Shown one piece after another: positions 40,030 through 49,588 of a DNA stretch of 54,677 nt. The stretch's first letter is position 1; each line of letters opens with the position of its first letter. The notes below the pieces were generated by a model. That model had not been told where the DNA came from, searched no databases, and worked only from the letters and a program-made list of their open reading frames with translations. A program made the position numbers and the translations under genes. The stretch comes from an uncultured Deinococcales bacterium (GTDB lineage Bacteria > Deinococcota > Deinococci > Deinococcales > JAAFIG01): the NCBI GenBank assembly GCA_964247135.1, contig CAXTTL010000008.1, positions 1 through 54,677 on the forward strand, given 5' to 3'.

Positions 40030-40109
40030 CCCTCTCTTGACCATAAAACGCACCTAACGGGCATGGTCGCTCATCCCCAACCCTTCTCCCGCTTGCGGGA
40101 GAAGGGAGT
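40030..40109 (+). repeat. REP-like family 1 copy carrying the 33-bp insert (40037-40069)
   Basis: The insert is the exact reverse complement of 110-142. Confidence 0.85.
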
Positions 40110-40189
40110 TTTGGCGCTAACTCGAGAAACGAAAATATTGCGCTCAAATGTTGCCTCGCGGTTGCATTTATGAAGCTCGAGTCATTGAT

Positions 40190-41611
40190 TTAAGGCGTGG
40201 CGTTCAGGGCGGAACCAACGTCCAATAAGCCTTGACCGCAAGCGTTCGGATCGGTCGGGAACGTTGCCGATGCTGGCATTGGGTTTGGTGCTGAACAGCC
40301 CGAAGCATTCGCGGTGCTGACAATGATCTTCTTGACATCTTGAGGTTGCAACGCTGCATTCTTGGCAAAAATGATGGCGGCAGTTCCCGACACAAACGGC
40401 GCTGCGTAAGATGTTCCTCCTGTCAGGTTCGTGAACAATGTGCCATCGCGTTTGAACGTGGCGACAGATTCACCTGGCGCGACCACATCCGTGTGCTTGT
40501 TCGCCGTGGCGTAATCGGCGTAATTCATTTTTGGCGTGATCGCACCCACTGAAATCAGATTCTCGAGGTTCAACACTGGGTCTTGCGAGAACGCCGCAGG
40601 AAAAATGGTGCGGTTGAAATCTGGATGCCCCGCAGGAAATTCTCGGGTGTTTCCAGCCGAAGCGACCACCACAGCCCCCTCGAGACCCGCATCCCGAATC
40701 GCACCCTCGGCAAGTGGAGAGTTGATAAAACTGCCCAAACTTAAATTCAGCACTTTGGCTTGCGCCGCCTTCGAGACTGCGTAACAAATGCCCATCACCA
40801 CGCTCGAGTCACGGCAATGCCCCGTCTTGTCACAGACTTTCACAGGCACAATGTTCGAGTCTGGCGCGACGCCCACCGCGTTACCGCTCGAGTCCCGACC
40901 TGCGACGATGCCTGCCACGCCCGTACCGTGACCTTCGGGCGCAGGTATGAAATCGTCATCTGCATTCAAAACACCAGCCACGTAATTTTTAGGGGCAACG
41001 CTCGAGAATGCCGCAATGTTCGTGACACCCGTATCCAGCACCGCCACGCGCACGCCCTTGCCTGTTTGCTCGAGTTTTTGGGCTTTGACTGCCTCGAGAC
41101 CCCAAAAGTCAGGTTTGGATTCGGTGGTGGTTTGATATGGCAATCCATAACTTTGTGGTGCGACACCATACAATGCGTCACCACCAACAATGCTAATACC
41201 CTGTTGATCGAGAACCGCAATCGTGTCTGAAATGCTGCCTGCTTGATTCAATCGGAATCGCAGCAGTATTTTTCCGCACACCTGCGAATTTTTGCCGCTT
41301 GGGTCGCTGGTACGAGCAGGAATTGGAGTGCTACTGACCAAAGTCACTTTGGCTTTTTTAGCTGCTAACGCAAGTTTTTTATTCCCAAACAAACTCTTGG
41401 CGTTTTCTGAAGTTCCTGCAACGTTATAAATCGCCAGAACTTCATTTGCAGAATAATCAATCTCTGGCATTAAGGTTTTAAATGACTCGAGCGGCTTCCA
41501 GACCAAACGCGGCGTTTTGTCCGTTTGCGCTTGGCTGTTGACAACAGCAACCAAACCCGAGATGCTCAATACCAAACCAGCCACGAGCCAACGTCGAAAC
41601 ACTGTTTTCAT
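40190..41611 (-). CDS. Secreted subtilisin-like S8 peptidase
   Basis: Signal peptide; VLDTG, HGTGVAG, SAGN and GTSYAAP motifs. Confidence 0.93.
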   Translation of the reverse strand: MKTVFRRWLVAGLVLSISGLVAVVNSQAQTDKTPRLVWKPLESFKTLMPEIDYSANEVLAIYNVAGTSENAKSLFGNKKLALAAKKAKVTLVSSTPIPARTSDPSGKNSQVCGKILLRFRLNQAGSISDTIAVLDQQGISIVGGDALYGVAPQSYGLPYQTTTESKPDFWGLEAVKAQKLEQTGKGVRVAVLDTGVTNIAAFSSVAPKNYVAGVLNADDDFIPAPEGHGTGVAGIVAGRDSSGNAVGVAPDSNIVPVKVCDKTGHCRDSSVVMGICYAVSKAAQAKVLNLSLGSFINSPLAEGAIRDAGLEGAVVVASAGNTREFPAGHPDFNRTIFPAAFSQDPVLNLENLISVGAITPKMNYADYATANKHTDVVAPGESVATFKRDGTLFTNLTGGTSYAAPFVSGTAAIIFAKNAALQPQDVKKIIVSTANASGCSAPNPMPASATFPTDPNACGQGLLDVGSALNATP

Positions 41612-41645
41612 GCCTTCACCACTTTCTTCGGATTAAAACCGAAAC

Positions 41646-44600
41646 TTAGTTTTTTAATTTCTCCAGAAGTTGATTTGCCCGAGTCTGCCAACTTTGATCT
41701 TGCGCTAGGAATGCAAAATCGAGCATCAGTCGCGCTTCTTCAAATGGGTCATTGACTTTTTGAATTTCAAGTTGAGCCGAATTGAAATCGCGCTCAACGG
41801 CATAGAGTGCTGCTTTGGTCATTGGAGTATCTGCAAGTTCTATGGCTTGATGGGCGACATCTGCGCTATCTTGTAAACGTGCCAATTTGCTTAGGGCAAA
41901 AGCTTCACGATCTGTTAAATGACCTTTTTGTGCAATATCGCTTGCCGATTGAAATGCGCTTGCTGCTTCTGAAAAATCTTTGGTCAGAGTAAAAATATCG
42001 CCTCTGAATAAGTGAAACTCTGTCAATTGAAAAAAGTGCGATTCCGTTGATGGAACATCATTCGTAATCTGTTTCAACAGTTCCATTCCAAGCTCAAGAT
42101 TGTCTTTTGCGTCCTGAAATAAACCAAGTCGGATTTCGACTTCGACTAAATTACTTCTGAACATCATTAGGCTAGGTTTGCTGGTTGCAATTCTTTGTGA
42201 TTTCAATGCTCGTTGATATGCTTCTCGAGCTTCACGGAATTTGCCTTGCTCAAAACGAATCAATCCTAAGTTATTAAAAACAGCGTGAGCAATAATATCT
42301 TCGCCAATGGGTTGAATGCTGGTTAATGCCATTTCGTAATATTGTTCAGCAGTTGCCAATTCTCCAAATCTCCAAAATAATCTTCCCAAATTAGCCTGAG
42401 TTCGTGCTGAATTTGACAAATTGCCCAAACGTCCCCAGACTTGCAATGCTTCATCAAATATCTCTCGAGCCTCTGGTTTCACCTGATCTGTCAGTACCAA
42501 TCCTAAATTTCCGAGCGTATCCCCAACCTTATCCAAATCCCCCAACGCCCTTCTAATCTCGAGCGCTTCCCGCAAGTACCGTTCTGCGTTTGGCAAATCC
42601 TGCTCGAGCCATTTGGCAAGCCCCAAATTGTGCAGGGTGTTGCCGCGTTCAACCAGCACTTCGATTGAATCTTGCCCCTCGAGCAACGCCAAGGCTTTGT
42701 TGGCGAGTTCGGCGGTGGCTTGGGCGTCGCGGAAGTACGTTCCCAATAGGTTCGCTCGAGCGTTCAATAAGCTGGCGCGGGTCACGGCGTCCAAACCGGT
42801 CACGAGCAGGTCGGCTCGGTCTAGGTCATGGTTGGCTTCGTCCAGGCGCATTAGGCGCTCGGACACTCGAGCGCGGCGGGTGAGGGTGCGAACGCGGGTG
42901 GTGGGGGTGGTGGCGCGTTCCAGGGCGCGGTCAAACCAGAGTGTACCTGCGGTCATGTCACCGCGCAGGGATTGGCTTGTGCCGGCTTTGGCGAAGGTCT
43001 CAGAGATGCTTGCCATCTGCGGGGCGTCCAGGGTGATCGTGCCGCCTTCCAGGGCGCTCCAGTAGTGTTGCGCGGCAAGTTCTGGGGTGTCGTGCCTGGC
43101 TCGAGCGGCGCGGAGGTGCAGCAGGTGTTGGCGTTCAAAGGTCAGGTGGGCTTTGGCAACGCCCAGGGTCAGGTCGTGGTTGAAGTGAATGCTGGTGTCG
43201 CCGCGTCGTAAAACTCGAGCGTTGCGTAAAATACTCAGTCCTTCTATCACGGCGTCGTAACCCAGTTCGGTGACGGTTTTGATCTCGAGGAGCGTCGAAC
43301 CTTCGCCCAAGACTGCGCACGCCTCGAGCACCTGTTGGGCGTTGGGGTGTTGGGCGATGCTGTTCAAACGGTATTGAATCAAGTCTTGCACTTTGGGCGG
43401 AATCAGGCTGGCGTCGGGTTTGACATAATCGGCTTCGAGCATCTCGAGCAAGTACAGTGGGTTGCCGCCCGATTGTTGCATCAGCCAGGCGATGTCACTG
43501 TTGGATTGTCCGAGGCGGGCGGCAAGTTCTTGAATGGCGTTCTCGTTCAAGGGTGGCAACTCGAGGCTGATGCCTGCGTGTTCGCGTTGAAGTAATTCTG
43601 GCAGTCTTGAAAGCTCGAGGCTCGCGTTTTGTTCGGTGTCGCGTTGGGTCACGATCAAGAGCATTCCGCGCGGCGGCGGTTTGCGCAGCAGCTCGAGCAC
43701 CAGCCCAAAACTGGCGGGGTCAATCCATTGCAGGTCGTCCAGGAAAAGTAAAGTCGGGCGGATTTCGTCGCTTAAGAGCCAGCGAATGCCCAAGAGCAAC
43801 AGGCGTTCGTCCTCGCTCGGCGCGTCACCAGTCACGTCCAAAAGGTCGGGCACAAACCTTGCAATCGCGGCACGAAGCTCACTGGGCATGGACTCGAGGT
43901 CGTGGCGTCTGGCGCGAACGAGTTGACGCACCACCATGTCAAAGGTTCGCCAAGCGGGAGTGTGGCGTTCGCTGAAGCCCTCGGCGTGAAGGTAAGCGCG
44001 TTTTTGTGGGTCGAGCAGCGCAATCCAACGCCGCGCCAATTCGGTTTTGCCCGCGCCTGGTTCGCCGATCAAACGCACGCCCCAAACCCGTCCCTCGAGT
44101 GAGTTGGGTAAGCTTGTATTCAGTTGCTCGAGGGTGGTTTCGCGTCCCAAGAACGGCACGGGTTTCTCCTGGTGGTGGTTTGCAAAAAGTTCGGTCAACA
44201 AGCCTCGAGCGGCGGCGATCTCAACGGCGTTCGCCATTGCCAGCGCTGCTTCAATATCCGAATTCGGGCGACCCCCGAGTTCGTGCAGGCACTCGAGGAG
44301 TTCGCGGTGGGCGGCTCGGGCGCGTTCGGGTTGGTTGGTAGCGGTCAAGACCAGCATTCGGTACAAGACCAGTTGTTCTTGCGGGTCGTCGATTTCGGGT
44401 TTGATAAACTCGAGAAAGGGGAGGGCGGAAAGCCAGTTTTGGGCGTTCAGATGATGAAGCGCCAGGCGCGAACTCAGGTCGCGGCGAAGTTGGTACAACT
44501 CTTGGCGTTTGGCTTCCAGCCAGTTTTGAAACTCGAGGTCGAATTTGGCATCCCAGGCGGGTTCTGGAAAACCGAGAAATTCGTGCGCCAACGCTTGCCA

Positions 44601-44951
44601 CGCCGCCAGCCAGGATTGCGGATTTTCGGATTTCGCCAGCTCGAGTTTGTTTTGCCAGTCGCTCGAGAATGATGCCCCGAGTTTCAAGGTACGGTTTTTG
44701 TCGTCGCTGAGAAACGGGTCGAAACCCAGCAGCTCGCGGATTTGATTCAGCGCCGTCGAGAGGCTGCCCAGGGCGTTGCTTTTGCCAGCCCAGAGCATTT
44801 GTGCCAAGACATCTCGGGTCGCCAATTTCTGATCGTTGGACGCGTCGGAAAGCAATGCCAGCAAGACCACGGGTTTGCGTCCCAACTCGAGAGGTTGCCC
44901 CTCGAGCAGGATGTGTGGTCTGCCCAGCCAGCGAAATTCCAAACGTGTCAC
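41646..44951 (-). CDS. SARP/BTAD-like DNA-binding + AAA (STAND) ATPase + TPR regulator
   Basis: WLGRP..TRDVLAQMLW wHTH, FLGRE, GEPGAGKT, FLDDLQWID, SGGNPLYL, FNHDL and TPRs. GTG start inferred from TATTGT-N5. Confidence 0.88.
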   Translation of the reverse strand: MTRLEFRWLGRPHILLEGQPLELGRKPVVLLALLSDASNDQKLATRDVLAQMLWAGKSNALGSLSTALNQIRELLGFDPFLSDDKNRTLKLGASFSSDWQNKLELAKSENPQSWLAAWQALAHEFLGFPEPAWDAKFDLEFQNWLEAKRQELYQLRRDLSSRLALHHLNAQNWLSALPFLEFIKPEIDDPQEQLVLYRMLVLTATNQPERARAAHRELLECLHELGGRPNSDIEAALAMANAVEIAAARGLLTELFANHHQEKPVPFLGRETTLEQLNTSLPNSLEGRVWGVRLIGEPGAGKTELARRWIALLDPQKRAYLHAEGFSERHTPAWRTFDMVVRQLVRARRHDLESMPSELRAAIARFVPDLLDVTGDAPSEDERLLLLGIRWLLSDEIRPTLLFLDDLQWIDPASFGLVLELLRKPPPRGMLLIVTQRDTEQNASLELSRLPELLQREHAGISLELPPLNENAIQELAARLGQSNSDIAWLMQQSGGNPLYLLEMLEADYVKPDASLIPPKVQDLIQYRLNSIAQHPNAQQVLEACAVLGEGSTLLEIKTVTELGYDAVIEGLSILRNARVLRRGDTSIHFNHDLTLGVAKAHLTFERQHLLHLRAARARHDTPELAAQHYWSALEGGTITLDAPQMASISETFAKAGTSQSLRGDMTAGTLWFDRALERATTPTTRVRTLTRRARVSERLMRLDEANHDLDRADLLVTGLDAVTRASLLNARANLLGTYFRDAQATAELANKALALLEGQDSIEVLVERGNTLHNLGLAKWLEQDLPNAERYLREALEIRRALGDLDKVGDTLGNLGLVLTDQVKPEAREIFDEALQVWGRLGNLSNSARTQANLGRLFWRFGELATAEQYYEMALTSIQPIGEDIIAHAVFNNLGLIRFEQGKFREAREAYQRALKSQRIATSKPSLMMFRSNLVEVEIRLGLFQDAKDNLELGMELLKQITNDVPSTESHFFQLTEFHLFRGDIFTLTKDFSEAASAFQSASDIAQKGHLTDREAFALSKLARLQDSADVAHQAIELADTPMTKAALYAVERDFNSAQLEIQKVNDPFEEARLMLDFAFLAQDQSWQTRANQLLEKLKN

Positions 44952-45058
44952 AATGTACAATACAGCAAAGTGAGAGATTGCCGCCAAAAGTCTCGAGATT
45001 CACGTCATACAGCTTGAACACCACCATCACCTCCCTAGGTTCTCAAGTTAAACCCGCA

Positions 45059-45170
45059 GTCTCAAAACGGTCTCAAAACGCGGCTTCAAATCCCTGATCG
45101 TAAGTTCAAATTGACTCGAGAGAACCCGTGCTGAACAAGGTTAATTGATTTTGAGGGCTTTTTGAGACCC
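45059..45170. promoter_or_regulatory. Two oppositely oriented pairs of 11-bp tandem repeats (candidate SARP-type operators)
   Basis: GTCTCAAAACG x2 at 45059-45080; TTTTGAGGGCT-TTTTGAGACCC at 45149-45170. Confidence 0.55.
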
Positions 45171-45249
45171 CCACCCTAGGCTGAATGGGCTTCAAATCCA
45201 TCAAAGGCATATTGCTTTGCACCCGCAAAGGATGCCGAACAGGAGTGTC

Positions 45250-45483
45250 ATGAGGAAAATCAATTACATGAAACGCGCCGCCAAACGATTTCTCGCGGGA
45301 ACAAACTGCCGAGTCCCAGTTGAAGTGGTCGAATTGGGCATCAAAAGCCTGACCGAATGGGTGGACACCCTGGCGGAAGAACGCGAGTTTGACCGCATGA
45401 AACACCTCGAGTCGCAAGCCCGCAAAGCCGCCAGAGCGCGTCAATACCTGCCCACCCGCAACCCAAGCTTTGCTCAAGACTGA
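45250..45483 (+). CDS. Small basic hypothetical protein (77 aa)
   Basis: AGGAG RBS; divergent from the SARP-ATPase. Confidence 0.6.
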   Translation: MRKINYMKRAAKRFLAGTNCRVPVEVVELGIKSLTEWVDTLAEEREFDRMKHLESQARKAARARQYLPTRNPSFAQD

Positions 45484-45531
45484 ACCACACGCCGCTCGAG
45501 CCGTTATACTCAAAGCCTCGAGAGGAGTCCG

Positions 45532-46686
45532 ATGAAAGTCAGCAAGGTTGAGGTCTTCACAGTTGGCTCGGAGTGGCGCAATTTAACGATTGTGCAAGTC
45601 CACACCGACGAGGGTCTGACGGGTTTGGGCGAGTCTCGGATTCCAAACCATGCCAGCACGCTCGAGGCGTACATCAACGATGCTGCAAGTCGGCATCTGG
45701 TCGGACGCGACCCGTTTGAGATCGAGGCTTTGGTGCTGCGAATGCGCCGCGACGATTTTTCTCGCCCTGGCGAGATCATGATGAGCGGCATCGCCTGCCT
45801 CGAGATTGCCTGCTGGGACATTGTGGGCAAAGCCCTTGGGCAGCCGATTTACAAGCTGCTGGGCGGTGCGGTGCGCGACAAAATCAAAGCCTACGCCAAC
45901 GGCTGGTACCGCGTCGAACGCACGCCCGAAGAATTTCATGCCGCCGCCCAAAAAGTGATCGAACGCGGTTACACTTCCCTCAAACTCGATCCGTTTGGAC
46001 CCGGTTATTTTGAACTCGAGCGATCTGAGTTTTTAAAATCGGTGGCTTTGGTCGAGGCGGTGCGCGACGCCATCGGTGCGGATGCGGAAATTTTGCTCGA
46101 GATGCACGGCAGATTCTCCCCCGCCCAAGCCATCAAAATTGCTCGAGCCTGCGAACCGTTTGGTTTGGGTTGGGTCGAAGAACCCGTGCCGTTTGACAAC
46201 CTCAAAGCCTTGAAAAAAGCCAGCGACGGAATGCAGGGCATCACGGTTGCCACAGGCGAACGGATTCATGCCCGCAACGAATTCCGCGAACTCTTCGAGC
46301 TTCAAGCCTCCGATGTGATTCAATTTGACATTACCCACATTGGCGGGATTCTCGAGGCGAAAAAATTGGCTGCCCAAGCCGAAAGTTATTATGTGACCGT
46401 TGCGCCGCACAATGTCGGCGGGCAGATCAGCACGGCGGCGGCACTGCACTTGGCGGCGTGTACCACCAACCACCGCATTCAAGAATACTTCAACGATTTT
46501 GCCGACCCCTGGGTCAAGCAAACCGCGACAGGTTGCCCTGAAGTCGTGAACGGTTATTTTACGCTACCCACCGCGCCTGGTTTGGGACTCGAGTTGGACA
46601 TGGATGTGATTCGGGCGCACCCCAAACAGAACACGCATTTTAATTTGTTTTCTGAGGGCTGGGAAAAGCGCAAAAAAAACAATTAG
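45532..46686 (+). CDS. Mandelate racemase/enolase-superfamily sugar-acid dehydratase (DgoD-like)
   Basis: WDIVGK, KAYANGWY, EMHGRF, WVEEP, TGER and APHN motifs. Confidence 0.9.
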   Translation: MKVSKVEVFTVGSEWRNLTIVQVHTDEGLTGLGESRIPNHASTLEAYINDAASRHLVGRDPFEIEALVLRMRRDDFSRPGEIMMSGIACLEIACWDIVGKALGQPIYKLLGGAVRDKIKAYANGWYRVERTPEEFHAAAQKVIERGYTSLKLDPFGPGYFELERSEFLKSVALVEAVRDAIGADAEILLEMHGRFSPAQAIKIARACEPFGLGWVEEPVPFDNLKALKKASDGMQGITVATGERIHARNEFRELFELQASDVIQFDITHIGGILEAKKLAAQAESYYVTVAPHNVGGQISTAAALHLAACTTNHRIQEYFNDFADPWVKQTATGCPEVVNGYFTLPTAPGLGLELDMDVIRAHPKQNTHFNLFSEGWEKRKKNN

Positions 46687-46695
46687 ACTCGGGCT

Positions 46696-47100
46696 TTACA
46701 GGCTCGAGCGTTCCGCCACCACCGCAATGCCAAGCCCACCTCGAGGCGTTTGGGTTAAAGTCACTTTCAGGTGCCGAGGCGCAATGGCATTCACGATGTC
46801 ATCGGCAATTCGAGCCGCCAAGGATTCGCAAAACGATCCCTCGTTGCGAAACGACCACAGATAAAACTTGACCGCTTTGGACTCGAGACACTTTGCGCCT
46901 GGTTGATACTCGATGCTGACCGTGCCAAAATCGGGTTGTCCAGTGATCGGGCAAACGCTGGTGAATTCGTTGGTTGTGATGCTGACGCGTTGCACGTTCG
47001 GGGCTTCAAAAGCTTGTTCTGCCAGCACTCGAGCGGCTTGTTCGGGCGATTCGGGGCGTTTCATTGGACCCGAAGTTGGAATGTAGAGATCGTTGGTCAT
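46696..47100 (-). CDS. queF: NADPH-dependent preQ0 reductase (type I)
   Basis: EFTSVCPITGQPDF, ESKAVKFYLWSFRN and PRGG motifs. Start from TAGAAT-N7-ATG. Confidence 0.92.
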   Translation of the reverse strand: MTNDLYIPTSGPMKRPESPEQAARVLAEQAFEAPNVQRVSITTNEFTSVCPITGQPDFGTVSIEYQPGAKCLESKAVKFYLWSFRNEGSFCESLAARIADDIVNAIAPRHLKVTLTQTPRGGLGIAVVAERSSL

Positions 47101-47179
47101 GTTGGTCATTCTAGGGCATCCAAGGCGTTACTCGAGATCGGGGCGATATTTGAATGCCAACAACGCTTAGAATTAACCC

Positions 47180-48430
47180 GTGATCCCCCGTTCTTTGTCA
47201 CTCGCAGGACTGCCCAAAAACGCCCGCAATGCCATTTTGGTCGAACCGCTCTGGGCGCTTTTTGGTGTGGTGATCTTGTATTACGCCCCGCTGTACATGA
47301 CAACCATCGGACTCTCGAGCGTTCAGGTCGGTTGGATCGGTTCGATCATGTTGGCGTTTTCGTTCGTTTTTCAAACCCTGGCGGCGCCGATCACCAACCG
47401 CCTGGGACGCAAACGCACCAGCCTGATCTGGGATTTGATCTCCTGGACGTTGCCGATGCTGATCTGGACGTTTTCGCAAAGTTTTGCGGCTTTTGCCATC
47501 GCCGCAATTTTAAACTCGAGCGTCCGAATTGTCAGCGTCTCCTGGAGTTTGTTGGTGATCGAAGATGTAGACCCAAGCGACCGCTCGAGGGTTTTTGCCA
47601 TCCTCAATTTGATCGCTGCCGCCTGCGGACTGATGACCCCAGTAGTTGGCTTGTTGATTGGCAAATATGGGGTCGAATCGACCTTGCGCGTCTATTATTT
47701 TCTGGGCGCCATCAGCATGACCGTCATGTTTTTCTTGCGCAACGCCCTGACCGATGAAACCCAAAACGGTCTTGCCGCCATGCTCGAGCATCAGGGTTTG
47801 CAGCCTTGGGAAAGTTTAAAGAAAAACCTCCAGAGTTTGAACGCCCTAAAAGACACCAAAGGTTTGTTGTGGTTGATCGCTTTTTACGTCCTGACTTTTT
47901 TTATCGAACAAATGAACCTGTTTCAAATTTTGTACTTTTCCCAAACCCTGCATTTTGGCGCACTCGCCGTGTCGCTCGTGCCGGTGTCGGTCGCGTTTAT
48001 CACCGCGATCATGTACGGTTTTGTCTTAAAGCGACTCTCGAGCCTTGCGGTCGAACAAACCTTGGTTTTGACCTGTGCGCTTGGACTGCTTGGAGCAATT
48101 TTAATGGTTTTGATTCCAGCCGGAAACCTGGTTATTTTATTGCTGGTCATCAGCGTTTTGGCGGGCGGAACGTTTTTAACCCGAACCTACCGAGACACGG
48201 TTTTGTTCAGTCATTTGCCAACCCAAGGCACCGCTGATTTGTTCTCGGCGGTTCAAGTGCTGACGATGTTGTTCTCGATTCCCGCATCGGCGATTGCGGG
48301 CGCAATTTTTAGCGTTCAACCCAGCGCACTGTTTGTTTTGATTGCGTTCCTCAATCTGGCATTGTTTGCAATGGCATGGGTGATTTCTCGTCTTCAAACT
48401 CGAGAAGCTGTAACAGAGCCGAATCTTTGA
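47180..48430 (+). CDS. MFS transporter
   Basis: About 12 hydrophobic segments; TNRLGRKR loop motif. Confidence 0.9.
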   Translation: MIPRSLSLAGLPKNARNAILVEPLWALFGVVILYYAPLYMTTIGLSSVQVGWIGSIMLAFSFVFQTLAAPITNRLGRKRTSLIWDLISWTLPMLIWTFSQSFAAFAIAAILNSSVRIVSVSWSLLVIEDVDPSDRSRVFAILNLIAAACGLMTPVVGLLIGKYGVESTLRVYYFLGAISMTVMFFLRNALTDETQNGLAAMLEHQGLQPWESLKKNLQSLNALKDTKGLLWLIAFYVLTFFIEQMNLFQILYFSQTLHFGALAVSLVPVSVAFITAIMYGFVLKRLSSLAVEQTLVLTCALGLLGAILMVLIPAGNLVILLLVISVLAGGTFLTRTYRDTVLFSHLPTQGTADLFSAVQVLTMLFSIPASAIAGAIFSVQPSALFVLIAFLNLALFAMAWVISRLQTREAVTEPNL

Positions 48431-48474
48431 GGCTCGAGCTTCACCATCAAAACGGGTTAAAAACGTTCTGCAAA

Positions 48475-48750
48475 TTAACGGTTTCCTTTTGGGTCGAGCG
48501 CATCGCGCAAGCCGTCACCCAGCAAATTAAACGCCAGCATCGGCACAATTTTCAGCTTGGGGTCGATGTCTACCAGTTTGTCGTAAATCTGATTCTGAAC
48601 TTGACGGTCCACAAAGGCACTCGAGACGGCGGGATCAAGATTGGGCGGGTCGGCGTCCAAGCCAACCGTGAGGGTGTTATCACTTTGCGCCAAACCCCCC
48701 AGCGTCAAGCCGAGCGCCGTGAGCACTGCCATTCCAATGCGTCTTTTCAT
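48475..48750 (-). pseudogene. Chimeric remnant: N-terminus of a DppA/OppA-type binding protein fused to the C-terminus of a DppC/OppC permease
   Basis: Signal peptide + LDP..IYDKLV..IVPMLA joined directly to FNLLGDGLRDALDPK. Confidence 0.85.
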
Positions 48751-48812
48751 TCCCTATCGCCTCCTCTGTACCAACCCTGAACCTGTTGCGATGCCCGCCG
48801 AGAAGTCACTGG

Positions 48813-49496
48813 TTATTTCGCAGATCGAACCACCTCTTTCAAATGCGTTTCCATCGCGGCTCGAGCCTTGTCTGGCTTTCGCTTGCGGATGGCATTGACA
48901 ATGGCGCCGTGATGCTCGAGGGTCAAATGTTGCAAGTTGTCGGCGAGGGCGCGTTCGCGCAGGTTCAGCATCAGTTGACGCAGCGCCGAGAGCACCTGTA
49001 AGGTCACACCATTGCCCGCCGCCCGGGCGATCAACTCGTGAAACTCGAGGTCGGCACGGCGCAAACTCTGCCCAGCCGCCGCGATGTCGTGTTGAGCCTC
49101 GAGTGCCGTTTCAAGGGCTTTGATGTCCTCTGGCGTCGCCCGTGTCGCCGCGAGTGCCGCCACGCCAGGCTCGAGCAATGCCCTAAACTCGAGCAGTTCT
49201 TGGGTCAAGTGCGGGCGACCCAGCAGCAAATTTCCAAACGGTTTGGCGAGGTCTTTGCTGCTGGCGTCAAGCACCAGCGTGCCCTCGCCTTGACGCGCCT
49301 GCAAATAGCCAAGCACCTCGAGTTGATGGATGGCTTCGCGCAAACTTGCCCGTCCAATGCCCAGAGTCGTCGCCAGTTCGCGCTCGTTGGGCAGGTACGC
49401 TCCAGGTTTCAGTTGACCCTCACGCATCATGGCAAGCAAGTGCTCGACGATGCCATCTCGCAATTTGGAACGCTTGATCTCGAGATTTTGAATCAT
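48813..49496 (-). CDS. GntR/FadR-family regulator
   Basis: LPNERELA..GRASLREA, QGEGT, FCD domain DLEFH..AGN. Confidence 0.95.
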   Translation of the reverse strand: MIQNLEIKRSKLRDGIVEHLLAMMREGQLKPGAYLPNERELATTLGIGRASLREAIHQLEVLGYLQARQGEGTLVLDASSKDLAKPFGNLLLGRPHLTQELLEFRALLEPGVAALAATRATPEDIKALETALEAQHDIAAAGQSLRRADLEFHELIARAAGNGVTLQVLSALRQLMLNLRERALADNLQHLTLEHHGAIVNAIRKRKPDKARAAMETHLKEVVRSAK

Positions 49497-49588
49497 AGAC
49501 TCCAATCATCCGATCATCCGACCACTGAAAGGTCAGAGTGTAAACGCAAGTGCCTTGAGAGTCAAGTCGGAAAACCCACAATCTGGTT

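Noticed and set aside
37783-44951. STAND regulator + S8 protease + protease-nuclease as one Avs1-like operon
   Set aside because: The S8 protease has a signal peptide, the STAND protein has a DNA-binding N-terminus, and a 283-bp gap with a REP separates the nuclease gene. Co-orientation alone is insufficient.
44251-45030. 259-aa alternative-frame ORF preceded by GGAGG
   Set aside because: It overlaps the SARP-ATPase out of frame and is Arg/Pro-rich with no motif; probably a shadow ORF, though a short regulatory translation cannot be excluded.
46771-47757. 328-aa ORF spanning queF and the MFS gene
   Set aside because: Antisense or out-of-frame shadow of well-supported genes.
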